NCBI GenBank assembly: GCA_964565685.1
Contig: CAZMFR010000004.1
Span: 5,077-69,076, forward strand
Direction: 5' to 3'
DNA length: 64,000 bases
From: an uncultured Candidatus Saccharibacteria bacterium
GTDB lineage: Bacteria; Patescibacteriota; Minisyncoccia; Phycocordibacterales; PALSA-1337
Numbering within the stretch: position 1 is the stretch's first letter; each line of letters starts with the position of its first letter. Below, in pieces: positions 1-9,762 of this stretch. The notes under the pieces were generated by a model. It saw only the letters and a list, made by a program, of their open reading frames with translations, did not search any database and was not told where the DNA came from. Made by a program: the position numbers and the translations under genes.

Positions 1-158
1 CCGTGGATCATTTTATTGCGGCAAGAAATGAGTGCATCTTTCATGACAGACATTCTATCATATCCATAAGTCGAGGCCTGGATTTTCCGGGTTGAAATTC
101 AAAATACAAAAGAGCGGACCGAGATGGTCCGCTGTGAGCTATGTTTGCTTGACTGACG

Positions 159-392
159 TCAAGCAATGAGCAATCGGGCACCGGGATTTTCACGAAAGAA
201 TCGTTCGCGCAAACCTCTGTGACCTCCATGCGCTTCAAAATGAATGAGCTTTTCTTCGAACGCCGGCGTGTGACCGACCGATTCTCCTGTCACCCATTCA
301 TTGAACGGACTGTTTATCTCCTCACGGAGCATCGTGTAGAACTTCAACACGATGGATTTTTCGACGGGCATTTCTGGCGCGTTATTTTCCAT
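159..392 (-). CDS. hypothetical small protein (unassigned)
   Basis: 77-aa ORF in the same frame as ORF 405..632 and separated from it by TAA and TGA within 12 nt; no recognisable motif. Confidence 0.2.
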   Translation of the reverse strand: MENNAPEMPVEKSIVLKFYTMLREEINSPFNEWVTGESVGHTPAFEEKLIHFEAHGGHRGLRERFFRENPGARLLIA

Positions 393-404
393 ATTTCAAA
401 GGGT

Positions 405-632
405 TTAAGGTTGACTCTGCACATAATTATATACCCCACTAAAAAATATAGGACAAGGAGTTATCCCCTTTTGGCCGTTTTTTGAGACTATCCGCGCAAA
501 CTGCCTGAAGCGATCCAATGCCCAATGCGACCCTTTGTAGTCGCGGCATGAGTAGGAATCATCTACGAACTTCGCGTCGAAATAGAGGTACAGTTGCCGA
601 TACGGGGCATGATGCAAAAGCATGTCCCACAC
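405..632 (-). CDS. hypothetical small protein (unassigned)
   Basis: 75-aa ORF immediately upstream of 159..392 on the minus strand; no recognisable motif. Confidence 0.2.
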   Translation of the reverse strand: MWDMLLHHAPYRQLYLYFDAKFVDDSYSCRDYKGSHWALDRFRQFARIVSKNGQKGITPCPIFFSGVYNYVQSQP

Positions 633-730
633 ACTAGCTTTGTGAATACTGCGCGGCTTCGGATCATTGACCGAGAAACAACGTCATGAATAACTTGATT
701 TGTCCGTCGTCAGCGAGCATAGACCATAAA

Positions 731-1849
731 CTATAATAAATCCTCTGGCGATACAATCTGTGTTTTCGCTTCGGGATACTTCTTCAGAAAAGAATCGAAC
801 GAGGTCTGCTTCTCATTATTCCATTTGCATTCGTATACTGAAATTTTCCCTTCAAGTTCTTCAACCACATCTATTTCTTCACCTGTACGCGTCCGCCAAA
901 ACATGACCTGTGCGGGAAAAGCTTCCGTAGAATTGATTTTGAATCTTTCCATGATAAAGAAGTTTTCGAAGAGAGCCCCTTTATCCTGCCTATCATTCAA
1001 CATGGATACGTTATCTATAACGGCATTTCGGACGCCAGTATCAATGAAATATATTTTGAATGCCTTTTTTATCTCGTTTCGAGGATTTCGTGAATATGGT
1101 CTTATTATCTTTATGACATATGACTGCTCCAAAAGCTTGATATATTTTTCGACCGTAGCTCTGCTCACGCCCAACGATAGCGCCAACTCGTTTACCGACA
1201 CGAGTGATCCAATCTGAAGCGCGAGCATTTTGATGAGATTTTTAAATATTCGCGGGTTGCGAATCGACTCAAATGTATAGACGTCCTTGTAAAGATAGTT
1301 CGTGGCAAGATTTTTAAGAAGATCTTCCTTGATCTTTAGATCTTTCTCGGCTACGACGGCGGGATATGTCCCGAGACGCATATAATCATGAAGCTCACTC
1401 ATAGAAATACTACCAACGGTCTGCATAATCTCCGCAATAGAAAGTGGGTAAAGTATGAATTCAAATGCCCGACCAGTAAGCGGCTCATTGATTTTATTTG
1501 CAAGATCGAATGAGGATGAACCTGTGGCAATAATTTGGATATCTGGATAGGTATCTATAAAAGATTTTAGGATCGCTCCAATGTCTTCGATTGTTTGTGC
1601 CTCGTCAAAGACGACGATCTTTTTGTCGCCAATCATACCCTTCAGGAGTTCGGGTTTTCCAACTTCGAAATTCTTGCGGACAGTAGAAAGCTCACAATTG
1701 AAGTACTCACCACCTTTTCCGTATGCCTCAAGAATCTTTTTCGAAAGTGTAGTCTTACCCGCCTGCCTGGGTCCAAAAATTAATATCGCTCTGCCTTTAT
1801 GGAGCCTCTCCTTAATTTTGTTTTCTATTGTACGCTTGAAAATAAGCAT
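731..1849 (-). CDS. AAA+ superfamily ATPase with C-terminal DUF4143-like domain
   Basis: 372 aa. Walker A motif GPRQAGKTT, Walker B motif IVVFDEAQ, and the typical DUF4143 C-terminal region. Start codon anchored at 1847..1849. Confidence 0.8.
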   Translation of the reverse strand: MLIFKRTIENKIKERLHKGRAILIFGPRQAGKTTLSKKILEAYGKGGEYFNCELSTVRKNFEVGKPELLKGMIGDKKIVVFDEAQTIEDIGAILKSFIDTYPDIQIIATGSSSFDLANKINEPLTGRAFEFILYPLSIAEIMQTVGSISMSELHDYMRLGTYPAVVAEKDLKIKEDLLKNLATNYLYKDVYTFESIRNPRIFKNLIKMLALQIGSLVSVNELALSLGVSRATVEKYIKLLEQSYVIKIIRPYSRNPRNEIKKAFKIYFIDTGVRNAVIDNVSMLNDRQDKGALFENFFIMERFKINSTEAFPAQVMFWRTRTGEEIDVVEELEGKISVYECKWNNEKQTSFDSFLKKYPEAKTQIVSPEDLL

Positions 1850-1857
1850 ATATTTAC

Positions 1858-1891
1858 TATATTAGCAATTTGCTAATATATTAGCAATTTG
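1858..1891. promoter_or_regulatory. palindrome ATTAGCAA-TT-TGCTAAT with the half-site ATTAGCAATTTG repeated 19 bp downstream; candidate operator upstream of the AAA ATPase gene
   Basis: read directly from the sequence, 10-45 bp upstream of the start codon at 1849. Confidence 0.35.
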
Positions 1892-1902
1892 TGTTTTTCA
1901 AT

Positions 1903-1933
1903 ATGTTTACAGTCCACAATGAACTGTAAACAT
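1903..1933. promoter_or_regulatory. inverted repeat ATGTTTACAG-N11-CTGTAAACAT; outer arms identical to the palindrome at 5655
   Basis: read directly from the sequence. Confidence 0.35.
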
Positions 1934-2167
1934 AACAAAGGTTCAATTCCACTTGGCACCCTGCCAAAGTTACAGCCGTGTTGAGCCGTGAAAGAGCGAG
2001 GGTGCCGTCGTGGATGATATGAGAACTATTTTTGAGAGGAGAGATTATATTAGTGTGTATGTTCCTATTTGAGTATAAACAAATAAAAAAACCGCCATTT
2101 ACTTTTGAAGACAGCGGTTATATTCCTGCTCCATCAAATAATTTGACTCGTAGCGTAAGGTGCGTTA

Positions 2168-2383
2168 GTGTACTTCCTGGAAGGAGAAAAGATTATGGCT
2201 AAAAGTGGATTACGGTGTCCTGTATGCGGTATAAGCATGCTCGAAGGCGCGTCCGAATGTTTAAACGGTCATTTACATACCCTGATGTGCCAGAATGCAT
2301 CGCTAATTGTCGCAACAAGTGAAGTTGCTATGCATGTCCTTGAGTCATCGAAGGCAGAGACTGACAAAATAGAATCGAAATAA
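2168..2383 (+). CDS. hypothetical small Cys-rich (zinc-ribbon-like) protein
   Basis: 71-aa ORF with CPVCG...C..H; the start may be the internal ATG at 2195. Confidence 0.3.
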   Translation: MYFLEGEKIMAKSGLRCPVCGISMLEGASECLNGHLHTLMCQNASLIVATSEVAMHVLESSKAETDKIESK

Positions 2384-2529
2384 TCACAAAGACCGAAAAC
2401 TCACCAGAGTCGTAGGTCTTTTTTATTTGGGAAATCGTGGGTGAGTAATGGGAATCGAACCTACTCGGTCGCTGAACATGGGTAGAGCCGTATTTTATGA
2501 GAAGAAGTTAGTTCGATTCTTTGAAGGAC

Positions 2530-4557
2530 CTAGATTGTCAAACCTAACTCCCTCGCAAAGAATGACAACACCAAAGCATGGCTTTCAACAATCTTGATTA
2601 CAGGTTTACCTGAACCATGACCAGCATCCATCTCAGTAAACACAAGAGCTTTATTATCACTATTCGAACTCTGAATAATAGCAGCCATTTTACGAGCATG
2701 AAGTGGATCAACTCGCGTATCCTTATTTGCGGTGGTGAATAAGAAATCAGGATACTTAGTTCCCTCTTTAACATTATGATACGGACTCCATTTAAGTATG
2801 TTTTTAAGGTCTTTTTTCACTTCTGGATTTCCATACTCATGAATCCATCTGATAGCAATACCGAACTTTGGAAAACGAACCATGTCAGTCAGCGGTACAC
2901 GTGAACAAATTGCCTTAAATAAGTCAGGTTTCTGTACACCTACAGCTGACACAAGTAGTCCACCATTACTTCCACCTAATATTCCTATATGTTGCTTGTC
3001 AGTATATTTGCGCGAGATAAGATGTTCAGCACCAGCAATAAAGTCATCAAATGAATTTTGTTTCTTCTCCTTGATACCACCCTTGTGCCACGCATCGCCG
3101 AACTCGCCACCACCACGAATATTAGCGATAGCAAATATTCCTCCTCTTTCTATCCATGGAACCCAATTCCTCATGAATGAAGGGGGCTCATTATTACCGA
3201 ATCCTCCGTACCCATAGAGAATAGTTGGATTATTGCCATTCAATTTAATTCCCTTCTTATGGAAGATAAACATTGGTACCTTTGTCTTGTCTTTCGATTC
3301 ATACCATTCTTGCTTTACCTCATAGTCATCTGGATTGATCGGATTCTCTGTTTTTCTATATTCAACATACTTTTTAGAAGCGGGATCGTATCGATAGACG
3401 ATTCTTGGAAAAATGAACGAATCAACACCGTAGAAAAATTCTTCTTCTTCTCTTCGTGCAGATAATCCTGCAAGATTTGAATATTTTGGTAAAGGTATAC
3501 TGCCAACCTCTCTGCCGTCATAATCGAACTCGACAACTTGAGAACAAGCATTTACGAGATACTCAACAAATATCTTACTATTAGTCGCACCAATAGACTC
3601 AATCAAAAATTCTCTTTCAGAAATAAATTCCTTCCATTCATCAATGTGTCTGAACATTCCTTCATACGTAGACCAGAGTACTCGATAGTTGTTAGCATTG
3701 TAATTGGTATCAATCAATATCTTATCCTTTAAAAATCTGATTGATGACTGAGCTTTAATGCCTACCACTAGAGGATTGATTTCCTTTATCTTATTATCAT
3801 AAATATAGATATCATTCTCAGTCCATGTCTGGGAAACATTAATGCTTAGATATCTACCGTCAGGAGAAATACCGAGACCTATCATGTCGTCTTTTGGACG
3901 ACCTTCGCCGAAAATAAGCTTATCTATATCTGAATCATCGCCTAATTTATGAAAAAATACTTTTGTATGGAGATGCTCTTCATTTTTAGGAACTGTTCCT
4001 GGGCGTGGATTTCTTGTATAGAAAAATCCTGAATCATCAGGTAACCATCTCACTGCTGAGTGGCGGCAACGCACTATATTTTCAGATAATTCTTTACCAG
4101 AATCTATATCTTTTATATATATTGTAGCCATCTCATCACCTCCTTCAGATATACCATAAGCAACATACTTACCTGTTCTAGACGGACTCCAATAATCAAT
4201 AGTGACAGTATTCCCTTTTCGTTTGCCGTTTGGATCATAAATTTTCATCGGCGTGCCACCTAACCCTTTCTTTACATACAAAACTGTTTGATCTTCATCG
4301 GGCTGACGCTCCATATAAAAATATTTTCCATTCACTGGGACAGGATTCAAGAAAGTGACTACTTTAAAATTCTTCGTAAGCTCGCCGGAAAAAGCTTCGA
4401 ATGTATCGTCTTTGAGAGATTCGTCTACGAGTCGATTCTGGTCTTTAATCCAATCTTTGACTTCTGCACTATTTGAATCCTCCAACCAACGATATGGATC
4501 TAGAATTTTTAGACCATGTAATTCATCTACCACACTGTCTCTTTTTATTGATGGCAT
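2530..4557 (-). CDS. prolyl oligopeptidase family serine peptidase (S9A)
   Basis: N-terminal DPYRWLED motif, GGSNGGLL nucleophile elbow and a C-terminal Asp/His region. Start placed at internal Met 22 of the track ORF (the GTG at 4620 is also possible). Confidence 0.85.
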   Translation of the reverse strand: MPSIKRDSVVDELHGLKILDPYRWLEDSNSAEVKDWIKDQNRLVDESLKDDTFEAFSGELTKNFKVVTFLNPVPVNGKYFYMERQPDEDQTVLYVKKGLGGTPMKIYDPNGKRKGNTVTIDYWSPSRTGKYVAYGISEGGDEMATIYIKDIDSGKELSENIVRCRHSAVRWLPDDSGFFYTRNPRPGTVPKNEEHLHTKVFFHKLGDDSDIDKLIFGEGRPKDDMIGLGISPDGRYLSINVSQTWTENDIYIYDNKIKEINPLVVGIKAQSSIRFLKDKILIDTNYNANNYRVLWSTYEGMFRHIDEWKEFISEREFLIESIGATNSKIFVEYLVNACSQVVEFDYDGREVGSIPLPKYSNLAGLSARREEEEFFYGVDSFIFPRIVYRYDPASKKYVEYRKTENPINPDDYEVKQEWYESKDKTKVPMFIFHKKGIKLNGNNPTILYGYGGFGNNEPPSFMRNWVPWIERGGIFAIANIRGGGEFGDAWHKGGIKEKKQNSFDDFIAGAEHLISRKYTDKQHIGILGGSNGGLLVSAVGVQKPDLFKAICSRVPLTDMVRFPKFGIAIRWIHEYGNPEVKKDLKNILKWSPYHNVKEGTKYPDFLFTTANKDTRVDPLHARKMAAIIQSSNSDNKALVFTEMDAGHGSGKPVIKIVESHALVLSFFARELGLTI

Positions 4558-4658
4558 AGGTATGAATATTATTATTTCTTTGTTTATAAATGACAGAAAG
4601 GCACACCAGTCTAGAACCACTCTCGACCTACTAGGTCACATATTTAGACCGCTGTCAA

Positions 4659-4734
4659 TGGGGTGCCTACAGGGATTCGAACCCTGACTGAAAGCTCCAC
4701 AAGCTCTAGTGCTAACCATTACACCATAGGCACC
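4659..4734 (-). tRNA. tRNA-His (GTG)
   Basis: cloverleaf folded by hand: anticodon loop TTGTGGA, extra 5' G-1, CCA encoded, T-loop GGTTCGAATCC. Confidence 0.8.
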
Positions 4735-4788
4735 ATATGTTCGATCGCAAAACGCAAAATCGAACGCGACCGGATCATCAATATTTTT

Positions 4789-5346
4789 CTATTGGTAATT
4801 CGGCGGCACTTCCTTTATACCACTTTTATGGTTGGTTAGTCTAGCGAGAGCATACATGAGCGATGACAACCGGTTCAAGAAAGCCAAGGTCGTAGGGTCT
4901 AACGATATCTCTTTTTTTTCTCCCGCCGCTACCGCGCGACGCTCGGCCTTGCGGGCGATGGTGCGAGAGATATCGAATAGCGCCGCCAATTCCGTGCCAC
5001 CAGAGATAAAAAACGTCTTGATAGGCGGCAATTCTTTTTCTATTTCATCGATCATTTCCTCCATCGCATTTACTTTTTCTTGGCCGACCTTTTTATCAGC
5101 TCCTGCTGTTTCCGCTTGGACAGAAAAGAGGCAATTTTGAATCCAGTGGATGATTTCCGCTGGCGATTTCCCTTGCACTTTCCAAGTCATGCCAGCCGAT
5201 TTTACTTTTATCAGACCGAGGAAAGAATTGAGCTCGTCCAATGCGCCCAGTGTCTCTGTCTGACAGGATGACTTTGATTTACGCTTGCCAAGACCGGATT
5301 TAAAATCTTTTGTTGTGCCAGCATCGCCTTTGCGTGTGTATAACAT
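4789..5346 (-). CDS. PduO-type ATP:cob(I)alamin adenosyltransferase family protein
   Basis: N-terminal motif YTRKGDAGTT. Start moved to the internal ATG (Met 16), because the track ORF starts with TTG and overlaps tRNA-Leu. Confidence 0.75.
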   Translation of the reverse strand: MLYTRKGDAGTTKDFKSGLGKRKSKSSCQTETLGALDELNSFLGLIKVKSAGMTWKVQGKSPAEIIHWIQNCLFSVQAETAGADKKVGQEKVNAMEEMIDEIEKELPPIKTFFISGGTELAALFDISRTIARKAERRAVAAGEKKEISLDPTTLAFLNRLSSLMYALARLTNHKSGIKEVPPNYQ

Positions 5347-5358
5347 GATTTTATTTTG

Positions 5359-5442
5359 TGCGCGGGAGAAGATTTGAACTTCCATGCCCAAATGGGCGCT
5401 ACCACCTCAAGGTAGTGCGTCTACCAGTTTCGCCACCCGCGC
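5359..5442 (-). tRNA. tRNA-Leu (GAG)
   Basis: hand fold: acceptor GCGCGGG/CCCGCGC, anticodon loop TTGAGGT, long variable arm; no encoded CCA. Confidence 0.75.
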
Positions 5443-5654
5443 TCTATTTTGTCGATACTTATGATTTTTACCTTGCAGCGACTCGCCTACTATACCCAAT
5501 ATTTTCATTACTTTCAACTTTCCAGTAGACAAAAGCCCAATGAGCAAACAGGTTTTGTAAGGAGCATACAGACTAGTGTACATAATGTCCGAGCGCAGCC
5601 GGAAGAAAATGACCGCTATTTTTGCAACCAAATGGTTATGCGTTTTTTGACAGC

Positions 5655-5684
5655 ATGTTTACAATGTATATACATTGTAAACAT
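5655..5684. promoter_or_regulatory. 30-bp perfect palindrome ATGTTTACAATGTATATACATTGTAAACAT
   Basis: read directly from the sequence; member of the recurrent ACAATGTA..TACATTGT motif family. Confidence 0.4.
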
Positions 5685-5734
5685 GGCATAAAAGCAGACA
5701 CCTCACTCCTTACCAGATATTTATTTGAAACTTT

Positions 5735-6181
5735 CTATTTCTTTGCTTCTTTGCTTTCTTCCTTTTTTCCTTCGGACGTAGAATCAACGGAAGCAGCTTC
5801 GACATTTTCGACGATAGGGTCAGGCGTGTCCATGATGCGGCGCATCTGGTGACGGATTTCCTTGGCGGCCTTTTCGCGGATGAAATAGAGCTTTGCACGG
5901 CGGATCTTCGAGCGCTTGATGAGCTCGACTTTGTCTATCGCTGGAGAATAAAGCGGAAAAATACGCTCGACGCCGACGCCATCGACGACCTTGCGGACAG
6001 TAAAAGTGGCGCCTGCCTGACTGCCGTGCTTTCTAGCCAAGACGAGCCCTTCAAAGGCCTGAAGACGGAATTTGTCTTTTTCCTTGATCTTTTGCCAGAC
6101 ACGGACAGTGTCGCCGGCGCGCAAGTCAAGAACCGCGAGCTTTGCGGTGTCAACGGCCGGCGAGATCACTTTGTTTGCCAT
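5735..6181 (-). CDS. rplS: 50S ribosomal protein L19 with a Lys/Glu-rich C-terminal tail
   Basis: conserved L19 core (AGDTVRV, FEGLV) plus a charged extension. Confidence 0.9.
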   Translation of the reverse strand: MANKVISPAVDTAKLAVLDLRAGDTVRVWQKIKEKDKFRLQAFEGLVLARKHGSQAGATFTVRKVVDGVGVERIFPLYSPAIDKVELIKRSKIRRAKLYFIREKAAKEIRHQMRRIMDTPDPIVENVEAASVDSTSEGKKEESKEAKK

Positions 6182-6267
6182 AATGCAGATACCTTATCAT
6201 GCGGCGCTTTTTTGTGCAAGAAAAGAGAAAAACAGGTGGTGTTATATACTCTTTTAACTGATGTATG

Positions 6268-6285
6268 ACAATGTAAGTACATTGT
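6268..6285. promoter_or_regulatory. palindrome ACAATGTAAGTACATTGT upstream of rplS
   Basis: read directly from the sequence; same motif family as 5655. Confidence 0.4.
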
Positions 6286-6297
6286 AAATTAGGTCAA

Positions 6298-6331
6298 GAA
6301 AAAAGAAGAGCCCGAACGCGTGGTCCGGGCT
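6298..6331 (-). terminator. rho-independent terminator (stem AGCCCG/CGGGCT plus a T-run on the minus strand)
   Basis: hairpin directly downstream of the 6345..6887 gene on the minus strand. Confidence 0.5.
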
Positions 6332-6344
6332 TGATGAAAAAGCT

Positions 6345-6887
6345 TTATCGTTCAGAATTGACAACGACATGTATCACTAGTCCATATGGGCATGTGATCA
6401 CAATACTATCGTTATTCTTGGTTACAACTCCCTTTTGAGTTCGAGTCGGCCAAAGTCTGGCGATAGTTGGCAATGTTATTCCACTGTAGATAGGATGCCG
6501 ATGTCTTACGGCTCGAAATTCTTTGTCAACAAAAGGCGAAATGCCCTTAAGCAGAGGAAAAGTAAAATGACATTCACCCGCCCAAAGAAGCAATCTCAGC
6601 CATGCTACAAGTGATGTATCGTCATCACACATGCCCTCACCCGTAAAAAGAATCGGCAAAATATTTTTGACTTGATTTGCAAAGTCCTTTTCTTTGTTGT
6701 ATTTCTCTATATCCTCCGCAAGCTTAAGGACTTTTGATTTGTGACCGCCAGTTTGATCAGAAAGACATTTGAAAAGAGTGTAGAGGAAATCATCTTTTCT
6801 TTCGACACCTTTCTGTAGATAGAACTTTTTTCGAAACTTTTTTTCTTCTTCAGTCGTTTCTGCCGCCATTGCAAATATGTCGCCCAT
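6345..6887 (-). CDS. hypothetical protein
   Basis: 180-aa ORF with good coding appearance, bounded by a terminator; no recognisable family. Confidence 0.4.
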   Translation of the reverse strand: MGDIFAMAAETTEEEKKFRKKFYLQKGVERKDDFLYTLFKCLSDQTGGHKSKVLKLAEDIEKYNKEKDFANQVKNILPILFTGEGMCDDDTSLVAWLRLLLWAGECHFTFPLLKGISPFVDKEFRAVRHRHPIYSGITLPTIARLWPTRTQKGVVTKNNDSIVITCPYGLVIHVVVNSER

Positions 6888-6928
6888 AAGGGCCTCCTTT
6901 CCTTAATTTGATTGTTAATTTTCAAAGT

Positions 6929-7720
6929 TTAAATCAACCTTACACCCGGAAAATATTTTTGTAAAGCATCCTTGAAATCCTGTGGCAATGGCGCCTCGGC
7001 TTTCATTCTCTTGCCATCGATAGAATCCCAAGAGATAGAGCGCGCATGCAGGGCAAGCCGTTCAAAGCTGAGGATGTGCGGCTTGCCAGAGCCATACAGC
7101 GGATCACACACAACAGGATGATTCACTGCCTGCATGTGAACGCGGATCTGGTGCGTGCGGCCGGTCTTTGGCTCTGCTTCGATGAATGATACCGGGATAA
7201 GATGGTGAGGAGGATCCGGCGATTCTACCCGAGCAGATCCTTTGACCACATACCAAGTCATCGCCGGACGCATTTCGCCTTCCGCGCTCGCATGGGCAGA
7301 CTTCTTCCTGAAATCCGTCGAGCTCCTGCCGATAGGCCGGTCGATGATGCCGTAATTGTCTTCAAAAATCCCGTGAACAAAAGCCAGATATTTTTTTTGG
7401 ATAGTACGATCCTGAAATTGTTTTTTTAGATGTGCAAAGCCCTTTGCGGTCTTTGCGACGAGCATGATGCCTGACGTGTCTCGATCGAGACGATGGACTA
7501 TGCCTGGGCGAAGAAGCGGTTCTCCGTCAGCTTGGTGCATCGGTTCGCCAGCGTCTTTTGACGACGGAAAAGTCTTTAACACCCAATCTGCCAATGTCGG
7601 CTCTTTCGTCTCGCCTTCTTTAATTTTTCGGCCATCGGAGTGCACGATCAAACCCGCCGGCTTGTTCACGGCGGCGATATCGGCGTCTTCATAGATGATC
7701 TGAATAGGTTCAAGATTCAT
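6929..7720 (-). CDS. RluA-family pseudouridine synthase (RluD-like)
   Basis: HRLDRDTSG catalytic motif and overall RluA architecture. Confidence 0.85.
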   Translation of the reverse strand: MNLEPIQIIYEDADIAAVNKPAGLIVHSDGRKIKEGETKEPTLADWVLKTFPSSKDAGEPMHQADGEPLLRPGIVHRLDRDTSGIMLVAKTAKGFAHLKKQFQDRTIQKKYLAFVHGIFEDNYGIIDRPIGRSSTDFRKKSAHASAEGEMRPAMTWYVVKGSARVESPDPPHHLIPVSFIEAEPKTGRTHQIRVHMQAVNHPVVCDPLYGSGKPHILSFERLALHARSISWDSIDGKRMKAEAPLPQDFKDALQKYFPGVRLI

Positions 7721-7836
7721 GATTCATAATCCAAGAATAAAAAACCTTCTTGAAAGTAAGGCCATTATAAGCTATTCTAGGATTATTGGATAATCAAGTC
7801 GCGTTTTCTTAGATCTTGCATCTTGAATCTTCATAC

Positions 7837-7909
7837 GCGCCCTTAGCTCAGTTGGTAGAGCAGTCCCTTTACACGGGAAAGGTCAGGGGTTCAAGTCCCT
7901 TAGGGCGCA
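7837..7909 (+). tRNA. tRNA-Val (TAC)
   Basis: hand fold: acceptor GCGCCCT/AGGGCGC, anticodon loop TTTACAC. Confidence 0.8.
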
Positions 7910-7979
7910 CAGAAATCTAAAATAGAAAAAGCGACCGAAGCATGAAAAGCAGAGCAAGCTGAGTGAGTGCGTGAAGTCG

Positions 7980-9209
7980 CTAAATACCAAAAGCCCTTTT
8001 ATATTCCTCCGTGTCGTTAAAATGATGCTTGATGCCTTTGATCTCCTGATAATCCTCGTGCCCCTTGCCAGCGCATAGGATGATGTCCCCTTTTTTGGCA
8101 AGCCGTACGCTTTCCAAGATCGCCTCATGCCTGTTCGGAATGGTTTTTATTTTTCTTGCCTCATCCGCAGATAATCCTGTCTTCATTTGATCGATTATTT
8201 TTTCAGGATCCTCGCTCCGCGGATTGTCTGAAGTAAAAATGGCTATGTCAGAAAGCTCCGAGCCGATCCTGCCCATTATATCCCGCTTTATCGGATCGCG
8301 ATCGCCGCCGCAGCCAAAGACCGAGATGATCTTTGCTCCGACAAAAGATTTTTTGATCGTCTGGAGGACATTTTCCAGGGCGTCCGGCGTGTGTGCATAA
8401 TCCACTATGGTCAAAACGCCGCTGGGAGAAATAAAATGTTGGAATCTTCCAGTGGGCGGGTCTATGTCTTTCAAAATCGCATCCACTTTCCCCATATCAA
8501 AGCCGAGGAGCTTGCAAGCGCTCCAAATGCCGAGCAGATTGTAGGCATTGAACTTGCCCAACAGCTTTGATCTGATATTCTCTCCATTGAAAGAAAGCTC
8601 CAATCCGTCAAAGGATATCTTTCTTATCTCTCCATGAAAATCTTCGTCTCGATTGAAACCATAAGAAAACTTTCTGGCTTTTATCCCTTCTAGCATCCTT
8701 TCCCCATATTCATTGTCGGTGTTAGAGATAGCAAAGCTCTCCGCGGGAAGCGACTGAAAGAGCTTTTTCTTGGCCTGAAAATAGTTCTCGAAGCTCTTGT
8801 GATAATCCAAATGGTCTTGGGTCAGATTGGTGAAAATCCCGCCGGTAAAATCGATCCCCGCCGCCCTGCCCTGATCCAGAGCGTGCGATGATACTTCCAT
8901 AAATACATATTCACAGCCATTGTCTGCCATGTCTTTGAACAATTTATGCAAGGAGAACGAATCCGGGGTGGTATGAGTGGCTGGTCTGACCTCTTTTACG
9001 ACAATGTTTTCGACGGTACTGACAAGCCCAGATTTGTATCCCAATCTAGTGGCAATGCGATATAGGAGCGTAGCTGTCGTGGTCTTGCCGTTCGTACCGG
9101 TGACGCCGACGATCTTCATTTTTTTAGCTGGATTGCCGTAATAACATATCGCCGCAACGACTTTTGCTTTCCAAAACACCTTCTTGAGCTTTTTGTATAA
9201 ATTTTTCAT
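7980..9209 (-). CDS. murE: Mur ligase; UDP-N-acetylmuramoyl-L-alanyl-D-glutamate--2,6-diaminopimelate ligase-like, with a short N-terminal domain
   Basis: GTNGKTTT P-loop, DNPR motif in TSDNPRSEDP, C-terminal GKGHEDYQ. Only about 30 residues precede the P-loop. Confidence 0.65.
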   Translation of the reverse strand: MKNLYKKLKKVFWKAKVVAAICYYGNPAKKMKIVGVTGTNGKTTTATLLYRIATRLGYKSGLVSTVENIVVKEVRPATHTTPDSFSLHKLFKDMADNGCEYVFMEVSSHALDQGRAAGIDFTGGIFTNLTQDHLDYHKSFENYFQAKKKLFQSLPAESFAISNTDNEYGERMLEGIKARKFSYGFNRDEDFHGEIRKISFDGLELSFNGENIRSKLLGKFNAYNLLGIWSACKLLGFDMGKVDAILKDIDPPTGRFQHFISPSGVLTIVDYAHTPDALENVLQTIKKSFVGAKIISVFGCGGDRDPIKRDIMGRIGSELSDIAIFTSDNPRSEDPEKIIDQMKTGLSADEARKIKTIPNRHEAILESVRLAKKGDIILCAGKGHEDYQEIKGIKHHFNDTEEYKRAFGI

Positions 9210-9318
9210 TTTATTTTTCTATATATGATGCCCCTAATTGTATCACCGCCACAGATAATTTCGCCAGTCTGCACATCATAAACACACCAAACATATCGGA
9301 TTAAGATACATATCGTAT

Positions 9319-9366
9319 TTAAAATAAAAGCCAGCGAACATTTTCCCCTTTCGGATGCTGCTGGCT
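9319..9366 (-). terminator. rho-independent terminator (stem AGCCAGC/GCTGGCT plus TTTTATTTT on the minus strand)
   Basis: downstream of the 9398..9631 gene. Confidence 0.5.
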
Positions 9367-9397
9367 TTGTGAACGATGGCTCTTTGGCTACGTCAAG

Positions 9398-9631
9398 TTA
9401 AAATATCTCCGCCGTGCCGCCGCATAAACGTTTGCCGCTGTGGATTTTATTGGAAAGCATGTCGAGCTCATCCTCTGTCAGTCCCAGGAACCACTTGAGA
9501 TGTTTTGGCTTTATCTTTCCTTGTTTCATTTTTACCAAAAGCGGCTCGATGTCTTTCCTTTCGAGCGCCCCGCCGACAGAACATCCGTATTCGCTTTCAT
9601 TGCACATAATCTTCCTTTCAAAAAAGAGCAT
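9398..9631 (-). CDS. hypothetical small Cys-containing protein
   Basis: 77-aa ORF followed by a terminator. Confidence 0.35.
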   Translation of the reverse strand: MLFFERKIMCNESEYGCSVGGALERKDIEPLLVKMKQGKIKPKHLKWFLGLTEDELDMLSNKIHSGKRLCGGTAEIF

Positions 9632-9727
9632 AGCGATTTTCGCCGATATGACAAAAACCCTGTGTCTGGCTTAAAGAATATTTTCTTACAAAATAAAAGT
9701 CAAACTTTTTAACATTTACATTGGTAT

Positions 9728-9755
9728 TTGAACTTTTTGTTAAACTTGTTAGAAT
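9728..9755 (+). promoter_or_regulatory. sigma70-like promoter: TTGAAC, 16-nt spacer, TAGAAT, ending 7 nt before the ATG at 9763
   Basis: hexamers read directly; implies a leaderless or near-leaderless transcript. Confidence 0.35.
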
Positions 9756-9762
9756 ATCTTAC

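Noticed and set aside
159-632. Two small in-frame ORFs separated by TAA...TGA (12 nt), considered as a TA pair, a stop-codon-recoded gene or a DUF4160/DUF2442 pair
   Set aside because: No motif match could be recalled for RelE, HicA, DUF4160 or DUF2442. Other genes clearly terminate with TGA and TAA (for example dnaN and the 405..632 ORF), so alternative-code readthrough is unsupported.
2440-2525. tRNA-like GGTTCGATTCC motifs on both strands (about 2455-2470 minus-sense, about 2505-2520 plus-sense) between ORF 2168..2383 and the peptidase gene
   Set aside because: I could not fold either into a complete cloverleaf, with no matching acceptor or T-stems. This may be a tRNA 3'-end remnant (an old att site) or chance, so it is not called as a tRNA.
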